Origin: an uncultured bacterium | GTDB lineage: Bacteria; Zhuqueibacterota; QNDG01; DTFT01 | Reading direction: 5' to 3' | Length of the DNA: 64,000 bases | Assembly: GCA_963736115.1 (NCBI GenBank) | Contig: CAVTNR010000010.1 | Location: 134,071-198,070, forward strand | Shown here: piece after piece, positions 33,439-44,359 of the stretch | How the letters are laid out: each line of letters opens with the position of its first letter | Position numbering within the stretch: the stretch's first letter is position 1 | Position numbers and translations under genes: made by a program | Notes under the pieces: generated by a model | Told to the model about the DNA's origin: nothing | Databases searched by the model: none | The model's input: the letters and a program-made list of their open reading frames with translations, nothing else

Positions 33439-34629
33439 TGAGTGAAGTTTCACCTGAAGAACATGCCGTGGGAGTTGTCATAGCTGGCGGACTTTCCCGT
33501 AGAATGGAAGGTCCGGAAAAAAGCCTGATGCTGCTGAACGGACAACCGATCATCAAACATGTCTGTGACCGCTTTCAGGATCAGCTTGCTGACATTATTT
33601 TGAATGCCAACGGCGATGCCGCCCGGTTTGCGTTTTTGGACATACCCGTTCAGCCCGATACTGTAGCCGGGTTTGCCGGACCTCTGGCTGGTATTCTTGC
33701 GGGTATGCGCTGGGCGCAAATAAACAGACAAGCTGCGAGCCGCATCATCACGGTTGCAGCCGACACACCCTTCTTTCCCCTAAATCTGGTGAAGTTGTTT
33801 GATGAGCATATTGCCCAATTGAAACCGGGCGCCAAACGCAGCGCGATTTGCCTAGCCTACAGCGATAATAATCGCCATCCCGTTTTCGGCTCTTGGCCGA
33901 TAACGCTTGCAGATAAACTTGAGCATTTTCTGACGGTGGAGAATGAACGCAAAGTGATGCTTTTTGTCCAGCGGTTCGAATTGATCAAAGTTGATTTTCC
34001 ATTGGTTGAGGTTGGTGGGCGCAGTATTGACCCGTTTTTCAACATCAATACGCCTGCCGATTTCACCCTTGCAGAGACCTTGATGCCGGAAATGTTGACA
34101 ATGACCAAAGCCTCACTTGTTTTCGGTGTAACAGGCTGGAAAAATTCCGGCAAAACGCGGATGGTTGCAAGACTGGTTACCGAATTTTCCGCGCGTGGCT
34201 ACAAAGTGTCGACGGTCAAGCACGCCCATCACTCTTTTGATATTGATCACGAAGGCACTAACTCGTGGCAACACCGCAAGGCAGGAGCAAGCGAAGTTGC
34301 GCTGGTTTCTCGAAACCGCTGGGCACTGATGCATGAACTGGAGAACGAGGAGGAGCCGCCACTTGCCGAAATTTTGGCAAAGCTCGCCCCCTGTGATATT
34401 GTCATCATTGAAGGTTTCAAACGCGAAGGTCATCCGAAAATCGAAATGATCCGCAAGGAAACCGCCAAGGATGCACCGCTTTGGCCGGACGACAAGTCGA
34501 TTGCAGCAGTCGTCAGCGAGAAAGGCCGGAAGATTGTCAATTGCCCTGGTCGTCCCGGATGACATCGCGATCATTGCCGACTTCATCATTCAGTGGAAAC
34601 ACGGAGACAATGTCAGTGCCCTCTTCTGA
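33438..34629 (+). CDS. mobA/mobB: MobA (Mo-cofactor guanylyltransferase) in frame with MobB; MobB tail frameshifted
   Basis: IAGGLSRRM, GPLAGI, DTPF, FFNINTP (MobA), then from 34101 GWKNSGKT, VKHAHH, EGFK (MobB). Confidence 0.88.
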
Positions 34630-35929
34630 TCATGACAACGCCACTATCGTCAACAAACGCATACTCATGGACGACTGCTTTTTGAATGACAAGGAGCGAT
34701 TACCCCATGAAGAGGCAATTGCAATTTTGAAAAGTCGGCTAAAACCGGTCGCGCTGAATGAAATGAGCGCGCTCGAACGCTCTTCTGGAAAAATACTTGC
34801 AGCCGACATCCACGCGACCCGCAACATTCCTTCAACTGACAATTCGGCAGTAGATGGTTATGCCTATCGCGCTTCGGATTTTGCTGATGCAGGCGGCTTT
34901 TTCCCGGTGACAAACCGTATTGCGGCGGGCGACCTCAGACCACCCGTTCTTGCTACTGCGGGTTCCGTGCGAATTTTCACCGGCGCTGTCATGCCGCAAG
35001 GGGCTGATACGGTTGCAATGCAGGAAGACTGCCAGATCGAAATTCGTGACAGCAAGGAATTCGTCGCTATTCCGTCAGGCTTGAAACCCGGCGCAAACAG
35101 GCGCCGTGCGGCTAGAGGATCTTGTATCGGCAACCTGATCGCTTCACGGGGCGAAATTCTCACACCGCAAACCATTTCAGCAATCGCATCCAGCGGGATC
35201 GCTGGATAATTGGCATTTACCGCCCGCTTCGGATCGCCGTCCTGTCAAGCGGCAATGAACTTCGCGAACCCGGCGAAAACGCGAAGGGATGGTCAGGTTT
35301 TCGATCTCAAACAGGCATTTGCTGAAGGCACTGCTTGGTACTCTTCCAGTGAAGGTTACCGACCTCGGCATTCTGCCCGATGATATTGATACGATCCGCA
35401 ACGAGCATCGCAGGCGCTGCAGTAAACCATGATATCATTATTTCAACCGGTGGAGCATCCCGCGGGGAGGAAGACCACATTATTGCCGCTCTTGATCGTC
35501 TCGGCAAACGCCATTTGTGGCAACTTGCCGTGAAACCCGGACGCCCGATGAGCTTCGGACAAATCGGTGACACCGTGTTCTTTGGGCTTCCAGGAAATCC
35601 GGTTGCCTGTTTCGTTTGCTTTTTGCTCTATGTGCGACCCGCAATATTGCGCCTCGGCGGGGCGGATTGGCACGAACCGCGACGTTTTCTTGTGCCAGCC
35701 AATTTCGACTACCCCAAAAAAGAAACCGGACCGGCGCGAGTTTTGGCGTGGCATGTACCGCTCGCGGGAAGATGGTACTTACGGTCTCGAAAAGTTTGAC
35801 CGCGATGGGTCCGGACTGATCAGCGGCCTGCGCCAGGCAGACGGGCTTATTGAAATCCCCGAAGCCGTTACCGGCGTTCGTAGCGGTGATTTGCTGAATT
35901 TCATTCCATGGAGCGAATTCGGAATTTGA
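34610..35929 (+). CDS. moeA: Molybdopterin molybdotransferase, in several frameshifted pieces
   Basis: DNSAVDGYA, RIFTGA, MQED, SSGNEL, STGGASRGEED, VKPGRP, GLPGNP, GSGLISGL across ORFs 34481, 35122, 35380 and 35567. Confidence 0.88.
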
Positions 35930-36025
35930 CAGCCGGGAAGAATTACAAATCTTTAAGTTGAGCCAATTGATTCAATCTGCAAAGTAAAGGCAGCAAGTTA
36001 TTACACCGACTCACTTTTCGGAGCA

Positions 36026-36553
36026 TTGAAATTGGTAACCACCGGCTACAACAAGGCATCAATCGTTGCGCACTGGATTGCGGCGGTATGCATTATTGCT
36101 CTTTTTGTCACCCATGAAGGTGAACGCGGCAGCCTTGAGCGCATGTTCCACATCAGTGGCGGGGCAATTATCGGCATTTTCCTGCTGTGGCGGGTTCTTC
36201 GCAGACCGGTGCGCGGCTTCACCGACAAACCTGATCAGCATCCCCTGTTCAATCTTGCGTCCCAGCTTGTCCTTTGGGGGCTTTTGATCAGCATTGTCCT
36301 CGTCACGCTTTCAGGCTACTTTTTGCCGTGGAGCCGTGGTGGCGCACTCGACATGTTTGGTCTCTTTGCAATCCCCTCGCCCATACCATCCAATCACACG
36401 TTTCATGAACTGCTTGAAACTGTTCATGATGTTGGCGGTCACGTCATCATGCTGCTATTCATCATCCACCTTGTTGGCGCGCTCAAGCACCGCTTTGTGG
36501 ACAAGGACAATATTGTCCAACGCATCATCAGACCGGTGACTGGAGGCAGATAA
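36026..36553 (+). CDS. Cytochrome b561 family protein
   Basis: HW, HISGG, LSG, H..HLVGALKH..DKD heme-ligand pattern. Confidence 0.85.
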   Translation: MKLVTTGYNKASIVAHWIAAVCIIALFVTHEGERGSLERMFHISGGAIIGIFLLWRVLRRPVRGFTDKPDQHPLFNLASQLVLWGLLISIVLVTLSGYFLPWSRGGALDMFGLFAIPSPIPSNHTFHELLETVHDVGGHVIMLLFIIHLVGALKHRFVDKDNIVQRIIRPVTGGR

Positions 36554-36580
36554 CGGTCGTTAGACGCGATTGTTGTCTAT

Positions 36581-38386
36581 TCAGACAAACAGCTCGATCT
36601 TCTCGAACTTGCGAACATCGACAAGACCTATGTCGGATATTCGCAGTTCGGGAATTACCACCAGCGCCAGCAGCGAATGTTGCATATAGGCATTGTTGAG
36701 TTTGCACCCCATCTGCTGCATGGCAGAAACCATCTGATCAGCTTTTGCCGCGACAATTTCAGCAGGTTCATCTGACATCAGTCCGGCAATGGGCAACTCA
36801 ACCAGAGCAAGTTCCTCGCCCTTGTGATAAACACACACGCCGCCGCCAACCTGCCGCAACCGGTTCGCTGCTTTTGCCATGTCCGCATGGTTTGTTCCAA
36901 TGACAATCATGTGGTGACTGTCATGGGCAACTGTGGAGGCAATCGCACAATCCTTGTTGTAGCCAAACCCTGACACGAAACAATTGGTCACTGTCCCTTT
37001 CGCCCTGTGCCGCTCAACAAGGGCAATCTGGCATATGTCCTTGCCTCGATCCATCTGGGCAATGCCGTCCTTGATGGCTACGGTCTTGATCAATGCCCTT
37101 GTCGGAGCCTGGTTTTCAATGACGCCGATTACATTCGCCTTGGCCGAACCTGCAGATTTTCCTGTGCCTTTGGGCGCCTTGATCAGAAAATCACTTTCGG
37201 TGAGATCACGCTTCATGTTGATGGTGTTCTTCGCCGATTTCGGATAATCGAATTTCGGCATTTTCACAGCAAGTCCGTTTGTATCAGAAACCTTGATCCC
37301 CCTCGCAAAAACCGCGTCAATCAACAGTTCGGCAAGGTTGGATACAATCAGAAAATCTGCCCTTCTTCCGGGCGTAATTGAACCAAGTTCACGCTCTAGA
37401 CCAAAATGTTCCGCCGTATTGAGCGTTGCCATCTGGATTGCGGTTACCGGCTTCAAACCCTGGGCGATCGCATGGCGAACAACGCGGTTCATGTGTCCTT
37501 CATGGACCAGAGTTCCCGAATGACAGTCATCAGTGCAAAGAATAAAATTGCGCGGATCAAGGTTCATTTCAGTTACCGCCTTGATCTGCTCGGCAACATC
37601 ATACCAGGCAGAACCAAGCCGCAACATGGCCTTCATGCCTTGCCGCACCCGGGCGGCGGCATCGATAGCGCGCGTTCCTTCATGGTCATCAGCCGGCCCG
37701 CCCGCTGCGTAAGCATGAAAGGCAATCCCGAGATCTGGCGAGGCATAATGTCCCCCAACCGTTTTTCCGGCACGGCTGGTCGCGGCAATTTCTCCCAGCA
37801 TCTTCTTGTCACCGGCAGCAACACCCGGAAAATTCATCACTTCCCCAAGCCCGATAATATTGGGCCACAACATCGCTTCGCCAACTTCCTTGGGACCGAG
37901 CGAGGCTCCGGCGTTTTCAAGGCCTGGTGCGGAAGGAACGCAGGATGGCATCTGGACAAAAACATTGATCGGCAAGCCCATCGCTTCATCATGCATCAGC
38001 TTGACACCGGCAAGTCCAAGAACATTGGCAATCTCGTGCGGGTCAATGAACATTGACGTGGTACCGTGAGGAATTACCGCCCGGGCGAACTCTGAGACTG
38101 TAAGCATCCCGCTTTCAACATGCATGTGAGCGTCGCACAAACCGGGAACCAGATATCGTCCTCTTGCTTCTATCACTTCGGTTTTTTTGCCGATGCAATG
38201 GCTGGCATCCGGTCCACAATAGGCAAACCTGCCCTCGATGATTGCCAAATCCGTGTTGGAAATGATTTCGCCCGAATGAACATTCACCCATCGGCCGTTT
38301 TTCACGACAACATCTGCCGGTTTTCTACCCGATGCGACGTCTACCAGTTGAGCTAGAACCTGATCTTTCGGTTTCAAATCTGACAC
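36581..38386 (-). CDS. ade: Adenine deaminase
   Basis: DAHMHVES, DPHEIANV, EVMNFPG, DDHE, CTDD, AHDSH. Confidence 0.93.
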   Translation of the reverse strand: MSDLKPKDQVLAQLVDVASGRKPADVVVKNGRWVNVHSGEIISNTDLAIIEGRFAYCGPDASHCIGKKTEVIEARGRYLVPGLCDAHMHVESGMLTVSEFARAVIPHGTTSMFIDPHEIANVLGLAGVKLMHDEAMGLPINVFVQMPSCVPSAPGLENAGASLGPKEVGEAMLWPNIIGLGEVMNFPGVAAGDKKMLGEIAATSRAGKTVGGHYASPDLGIAFHAYAAGGPADDHEGTRAIDAAARVRQGMKAMLRLGSAWYDVAEQIKAVTEMNLDPRNFILCTDDCHSGTLVHEGHMNRVVRHAIAQGLKPVTAIQMATLNTAEHFGLERELGSITPGRRADFLIVSNLAELLIDAVFARGIKVSDTNGLAVKMPKFDYPKSAKNTINMKRDLTESDFLIKAPKGTGKSAGSAKANVIGVIENQAPTRALIKTVAIKDGIAQMDRGKDICQIALVERHRAKGTVTNCFVSGFGYNKDCAIASTVAHDSHHMIVIGTNHADMAKAANRLRQVGGGVCVYHKGEELALVELPIAGLMSDEPAEIVAAKADQMVSAMQQMGCKLNNAYMQHSLLALVVIPELRISDIGLVDVRKFEKIELFV

Positions 38387-38397
38387 GGTTTCACCTT

Positions 38398-40905
38398 TTA
38401 TTTGTTGGCACCTGAAGCTGCCTGAAGCGTCAAAACCCCGGCAGCGTCATTTCTGTAGGTTTCCTGTTTCGTCACCATCGGGATATATTGCATATTGCCC
38501 CACAAGCCGGCCAGATCGTCATAATGATCGGACATTACGTTTCCGCTTTGACCGGTCGAGATGACAAACAGGGATTTTTCCAGATCGGCAAAATCATACA
38601 CGGTACGAAGCGCCGCTCCATGCATGCCGGCAAATGGTTCTTTTTTGGAAAAATTGTTGGAATTGCGCAACAAGGTATACTTGCCGCCATCCATTTCCTG
38701 CCGGATGGTAAAATACGGATCCAGCATTTCCACCTGCGTGAAAGGGCGGTGCTCATGTAAAGTTACGTGTGCCGTACCCCAACGCCACTCCTGCCATTTC
38801 GAACCATAGGCCGCAGATAGTTCAGCAACGGTTTTCTCCAGGGATTTGAAAAGCACATCGCCACAGCTTTCACTGTCCGATGTTGTAACGTCATTGCACC
38901 AATCGGAGCCTCCAACCGTCTTGAGCATGCCCAGAATACGCGTGATATTGCCAACCTCAACAAGTTCGAAGTCATCGCCCAGTTCGTCTTTCAACATCGC
39001 TTCCGCCAAATTCTTGTGCCAGGCGGTCAGGATCAGCGGCACAGCGTCATCACGCAGCATCTCACCTTTCCAGTTCTGCAAGGCTTCAATGATCTGTTCA
39101 TTGATCAAAACGCCCTGAGGAAGTTGCTGCAAAGCCTCATCGCGAAACTGCATCATTGCTTTTGACACAGTGTCTGACTGGCCGGCAATCATTGAAGCCA
39201 CGCTCTGTTTTGCATTGGAGCGAATGAACAACTCCTCTACGCGCTCCTGGCGAAAATGTTCAGCCCAGTCATAGGTAATATGATGAGGATAGTCAGAAGG
39301 CAGCCAATTGGCATTGGCGGTTGCCACAGCGCCTGAAACCGGATTGATCACTCGGGGCGTTTCATCTGCATCGACAAACCCTTCCCATCCAAAAAAGGCA
39401 CCCAGCCGGGCACCGGTGCCCGCCCTGCGACTTTGTTGAATTCTGACCGCTTGGGCACCCTTCCAGGAGCTACAAGACCGACATTGCCATCGACATCAGC
39501 AATGACAATTGACTGCATCGGAGAAATCATCTGCCGGGTAGCAGCAACAAACTGCTCAACATTTTCTGCGACAGACATGTCAAAAACACCGTCCATGGTC
39601 GTGTCGTCATTTGTAAGCGCAGTCCACGACAACGCAGCCACTTGGAACTCCGGCAGTCGCTCTCTCAGTTTTTCATAACCATCAGGCAAAACCGGGCCAT
39701 GACGGGTTGAGCGCCTTACCATTGGTATGTCAGCGTTTCCCTTCACCTTGATTACAATCTCTTCGGAGACGAATTCCTCAAATCCGCTTTCGGTTTTATA
39801 TTGAGCCGGATCCTGCGGATTGATCTGTTCCAGAAAAATATCCTGTGAATCAAGATAGGTAGTTGTCAGGCCCCAGGCGAGACGGTCATTGCGGCCCGAC
39901 AGGATTAGTGGAGTGCCAGGCAACGATCCTCCGATCAGGTTTCGCTCAGTGCCTCCATCCATCCACTTCAAATGTGCGAGATAAAAAACCGACGGTGCGG
40001 TGAAACCCAAATGCGGATCATTGGCAAGCAAGGGTTTTCCGCTTTCTGTCCTGCTACCGGAAATTGCCCAGTTGTTTGAAGCAGGCAATTGCAATTGCCA
40101 TGGCGCTGTTGCCAAGGGCGGCGCATCTCTTTCGGCCGCTTCCGCAAATTGACTGGATTTTGGATCGGGCATTTTCGCTGCTGTCTTGCCACGTTCCTTG
40201 AAGCCATAGAGCGCACGAAGATCCGGCAAGGCTGGCGCACTGTCACGTGGACCTGCCGGATAGATATCCTCAATCTGCCTCGGAGCGAAGCCTTTGCCTG
40301 CCAGCGTCAGTCTGCCGATCTCCTCGTCCAGATTGGCATCAAGCGTCAACGCCATAACCTTGAGCACGGCAAGGCTCTGCCAAGGCTCCCACGGTTCCGG
40401 ATTATGCCCAAGAATGATGAACTCTACAGGCAGTGAAGGCTCCAACGCACCTGACCTGCGCTTTATCCAGGCATTGACACCATCAGCATAGGCGGCAAGT
40501 AGCGTACGGGTTTCAGGTTTTAATATCTTCTCCGAGTTTTTGGCTGCATCCACAATGTTGAGCGTTTTCAGAAAGCGGTCAGAAGGAACAGTCTTTTCAC
40601 CAAACATTTCTGAAAGACGGCCCTGCCCGGCCATGCGAAGCACTTCCATCTGCCACAGACGCTCGCTTGCATGAACATACCCCAAGGCGCGAACAACATC
40701 GCTCCGGCTTTGCGCTTCAATATGAGGCACACCGTGGACATCGCGGACAACTTCAACATTGTTTTCGAGCGCGGCAAGGGGCACGCTGCCACTTTCCGGA
40801 GCAACTGTCTGGGTCAGCAGGCCATAGGCAGCCACCAAAGCGGCCCCCGCCAGAACTACGACCGCAAAAAGCGCTACATCCAACCCAGCGTATCAATTTC
40901 CTCAT
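38398..40905 (-). CDS. Penicillin acylase family (Ntn hydrolase), split by indels
   Basis: RDVHGVPHI, GYVHASERLWQME, SNNWAISG, ANDPHL, TRHGPV; continues in 38398..39351 (NP..TAN, GQSGN). Confidence 0.88.
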
Positions 40906-41002
40906 CCCCGGCACACTTTCTCAATTGCGATATTCGTTCAACCCGCTTGTAATGCTTAACCAAGTTTTGCATCTTGGCCAAGTAAATGAAATCAGGAAAT
41001 TT

Positions 41003-41707
41003 ATGCATACAATGGGCATTCGACAGAAAAAATCTGCTTCGCAACTTCTCGCGGAACTTGAGAAGCTTTCGATACCGGAAAACCGGCAGGGAATGGCCCG
41101 GTTCGGAATAGATGTTTCATCAGCCCTTGGCGTTTCCGTACCCAATATCCGTTCTGTTGGAAAATCTGCAGTCAGGGATCACCTTACGGCAGAAGAGCTA
41201 TGGCAAACCGGTATTCACGAGGCCCGAATACTTGCATCCCTGGTTGACATTCCCGCCGAAGTGACGCGCGACCAGATGGATCGGTGGGCAAACGACTTCA
41301 ATTCCTGGGATGTCTGCGATCAGGTTTGTGGCAATCTCTTTGATCGTGCCATTTTTGCAGAACAGGCAATATCCGATTGGCATCGCGATGATAGGGAGTT
41401 CGTCAAGAGAGCGGCGTTTGCAATGATTGCATGGCGCGCGGTTCATCTGAAAAATGCCCCTGATGCTCTTTTCGGGGCATATTTACCCCTGATTGAGGCG
41501 GCATCAAACGACAATCGCAATTTCGTCAAAAAGGCGGTCAACTGGGCATTGCGTCAAATCGGCAAACGCAACATCGTTTTACACGGTTCCGCGCTGAACC
41601 TTGCAGTCAGACTTGCGGCAAGTTCTGACAGTGCTGCCAGGTGGATAGGCTCGAATGCGGTCAGGGAGTTGGATAAGGCTGCGCTTGTTGCCCGGCTTGG
41701 CAAATGA
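41003..41707 (+). CDS. AlkD-like DNA alkylation repair protein
   Basis: GMARFGI..LGVSVP, LWQTGIHEARILA, SWDVCD, EFVKRA, FVKKAVNWALRQIGKRN. Confidence 0.85.
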   Translation: MHTMGIRQKKSASQLLAELEKLSIPENRQGMARFGIDVSSALGVSVPNIRSVGKSAVRDHLTAEELWQTGIHEARILASLVDIPAEVTRDQMDRWANDFNSWDVCDQVCGNLFDRAIFAEQAISDWHRDDREFVKRAAFAMIAWRAVHLKNAPDALFGAYLPLIEAASNDNRNFVKKAVNWALRQIGKRNIVLHGSALNLAVRLAASSDSAARWIGSNAVRELDKAALVARLGK

Positions 41708-41717
41708 GAACCTGCGG

Positions 41718-42194
41718 TCAGATGGTTTTTGCCATTTCCAGATAAGTCAGCGGCAGTTCCATTGTGTCCTTGATCCGCTCCATCGCAAAAGCGGACGAAA
41801 CATCTTCAATTTCAATTTCCGAAACCAGCTTTTTATAAACAGCATCATAGGCGGCAATATCAGGGACGACCACTTTCAGCAAATAGTCCACCTGGCCACT
41901 CATCCGGTAAAAGCCGACTACTTCCGGCATCTTGACAATGATTTCGGAAAATCGCTTCAGCCATTCGCCATTGTGCTTGTCTGTCTTGATGGAGACAAAA
42001 ACTGTCACCCCCACATTGACCTTGGAGGGATTAAGTACCGCAACACGTCGCTCGATGACCTTGTCTTCCTCCATTTTCTGGATACGTCGCCAGCAAGGAG
42101 TTGTTGACAATCCAACCTTGCGGGCAATATCTGCGACGGGAATGGTGGCATCTGCTTGTAAAATTGAAAGAATTTTCTTGTCAGTCCGGTCCAT
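41718..42194 (-). CDS. Lrp/AsnC family regulator (DecR-like)
   Basis: MDRTDKKIL, VGLSTTPCWRRIQKME, RMSGQVDYLL. Confidence 0.92.
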   Translation of the reverse strand: MDRTDKKILSILQADATIPVADIARKVGLSTTPCWRRIQKMEEDKVIERRVAVLNPSKVNVGVTVFVSIKTDKHNGEWLKRFSEIIVKMPEVVGFYRMSGQVDYLLKVVVPDIAAYDAVYKKLVSEIEIEDVSSAFAMERIKDTMELPLTYLEMAKTI

Positions 42195-42324
42195 CTGAAT
42201 TCATTCCGCGAAGATAATGCCCAAAAAAAGCATAAATGATGGAATGGCATTTCAAAAGTCAACCAAATTTCATCCAAACTTGGAATTATGTTCTCATTTC
42301 CTCAGGTCGCCGGATCATCCGGCA

Positions 42325-42939
42325 TTATGCCTGAAGATACCGTTTAACCTCTGTGCGAAGCACCGGCAATAATTCGCTTTCGAACCAGGGATTTCTCTTG
42401 AGCCATCCGGTATTGCGCCATGAAGGATGGGGCAATGGCAAACAGCGGTACTGTTCATGGTAATTCCGCCAGTTTGCAACAGTCTCCGACACTGTTTTCA
42501 TCGCAGCCTCGCCAAGATGATATTTTTGAGCACTCGCCCCTATCAGAAGCTTCAACTCCAATTGCGGCATCAAGTTGAACACCCGCGCATGCCATGTTTT
42601 CTGACATTCCATTCTGGGTGGAAGATCACCGCCACTCTTGTCATATCCCGGAAAACAAAATCCCATCGGGACAATGGCAAAGCGGTTCTTGTTATAAAAA
42701 GTCTCACCGTCAACGCCCAGCCATTGGCGCAACCTTTCGCCGGACGGATCGGAAAAAGGTATGCCGGACAGATTTACCCTGTTGCCCGGCGCCTGTCCGC
42801 ATATGGCGATTTTTGCCTGTTGCGACAAGATAACCACGGGATTGGGTTCATGCGGCAGCGGCCGGTTGATGTCGTCCGGATTTTCCAGACACTTTCGGCA
42901 AAGCCGTATCTCGCCATGCAATTGATTTATTGCAGACAT
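42325..42939 (-). CDS. Uracil-DNA glycosylase superfamily protein
   Basis: CRKC, GQAPG, DPSGERLRQW, MGFCFPG, PLPHPSWRN. Confidence 0.88.
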   Translation of the reverse strand: MSAINQLHGEIRLCRKCLENPDDINRPLPHEPNPVVILSQQAKIAICGQAPGNRVNLSGIPFSDPSGERLRQWLGVDGETFYNKNRFAIVPMGFCFPGYDKSGGDLPPRMECQKTWHARVFNLMPQLELKLLIGASAQKYHLGEAAMKTVSETVANWRNYHEQYRCLPLPHPSWRNTGWLKRNPWFESELLPVLRTEVKRYLQA

Positions 42940-42945
42940 TGACCC

Positions 42946-43560
42946 TCACTCGAAAGCTGCGCTGGGTCGGGCAGCAATGCGCTCAAACCACTCCGTCAGG
43001 TTTTCAAGTTCCGCAGGTATTTGAAGCCGGGCGGGCCTCAGGAACTGGCAGGCAGCCAGAAGCGTGATATCTGCAACACTGAACCGGTCAAGGGCAATGT
43101 ATTGCTGCCCTTTGAGTTGTTGATCGAGAATATTCATGAACGCCCTTGCCCGGCCCTGGTTCATTTCACCCCATGCAGCAATTTGAACCGGCTCGATCGT
43201 CAGGGCACCAGGATGCAGGTGTCTGAAAGCAAACGCCACCGGAAGAAGAAAATACAGCTCCACCCGGCGTTGCCACATTTCGACCTTGGCAATTTCAATG
43301 GCGGTTTTGCCAAACAGGTTTGGTTCGGGATGCAAAGCTTCAAAATAACGGCAAATTGCAATCGTTTCAGAAATCACGGTCCCATCGTCAAGTTCCAGCG
43401 CAGGAACAGTTTTCGTCGGATTAAGTTTGGCAAAGGCCTCTGAACGTGGCTCAAGCGCATTGATATCCATCTGGACCCGCTCCACTTCAATACCTTTTTC
43501 CTTGAGGAAAATCTGGACCCGGCGCGGATTTGGAGCCCTGCCCCCGTCATACAATTTCAT
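42946..43560 (-). CDS. Glutathione S-transferase
   Basis: APNPRRV, NP..VPALELDDG, SETIAICRY, FSVADI. Confidence 0.92.
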   Translation of the reverse strand: MKLYDGGRAPNPRRVQIFLKEKGIEVERVQMDINALEPRSEAFAKLNPTKTVPALELDDGTVISETIAICRYFEALHPEPNLFGKTAIEIAKVEMWQRRVELYFLLPVAFAFRHLHPGALTIEPVQIAAWGEMNQGRARAFMNILDQQLKGQQYIALDRFSVADITLLAACQFLRPARLQIPAELENLTEWFERIAARPSAAFE

Positions 43561-43610
43561 AGTCTTCTCCCGTGCTGTAAATCTTCAATGAAAAAATTGG
43601 GTCTTTAACA

Positions 43611-44219
43611 TTATCCCTTGAAATAATTCAGAATTGTTGCCATCCACATTCTCGCCTTTGCCTGCAGGCTGTTGAGTAGTCCGTGATCCGCATTGGTATC
43701 AATGACATCGCCATGGGTATCCCGCCAATCCTTCGGCATGTCAAATTCTCCCGCCCAAATACCGAGCTTGCCGGTCCGCGACTGGCGCTCTTCCGCATGA
43801 TAGTCGCCATAGGCAACTGCCCAGCCATTCGCCACCATTTCGCGATTGACATCAAGCCGCGACGACGAGCACCGAACCAGCGTTCTGCCATATTTGTCGA
43901 TACCAACGCCATTGCATCCGATTGTTCCGTCCTTCATCAGATTTCGCAAGAAACTCGCCGCCTGTTTTCCGCAGGGCCACGTCGCTTCGGATTGCCCGCA
44001 CGTTTGCCGGTATTCCGGCGCATCAATCCCCTCTAGACGAAAACGCTCCTCCTCGAGTTGGAGACTGTCCCCGTCAATGACACGAAAACTGCCCTGATAT
44101 CGGGCTTCACCAAACCCGCCGAAATGGGCAGCGAGAAAGCCAATCAGCAAAAGTAGGCCGATAGAGGTAAAATGATCCGCAATCCTGCGCAAAGTCCCAG
44201 TTTTTCTGCTTTTTGACAA
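43611..44219 (-). CDS. Thermonuclease (SNase-like) family protein
   Basis: VIDGDS, RLEGIDAPE, DKYGR, MVANGWA, GIW. Confidence 0.9.
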   Translation of the reverse strand: MSKSRKTGTLRRIADHFTSIGLLLLIGFLAAHFGGFGEARYQGSFRVIDGDSLQLEEERFRLEGIDAPEYRQTCGQSEATWPCGKQAASFLRNLMKDGTIGCNGVGIDKYGRTLVRCSSSRLDVNREMVANGWAVAYGDYHAEERQSRTGKLGIWAGEFDMPKDWRDTHGDVIDTNADHGLLNSLQAKARMWMATILNYFKG

Positions 44220-44359
44220 GTTCGGTTACTCACTGCGGGAAACTTCGGAAATCAAATTCTAAACAGGATATTAACCAATAACATCTAGCTTTTGGTCAAG
44301 TTTGAAGAACAGCGTTTCAACAAACCCAAATCATGTTTTTGAGACCAGTTAATCCGTAA

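Noticed and set aside
41003-44219. AlkD/UDG/nuclease cluster as a defence system
   Set aside because: Mixed orientation, interspersed with Lrp and GST; all are common rhizobial chromosomal genes.
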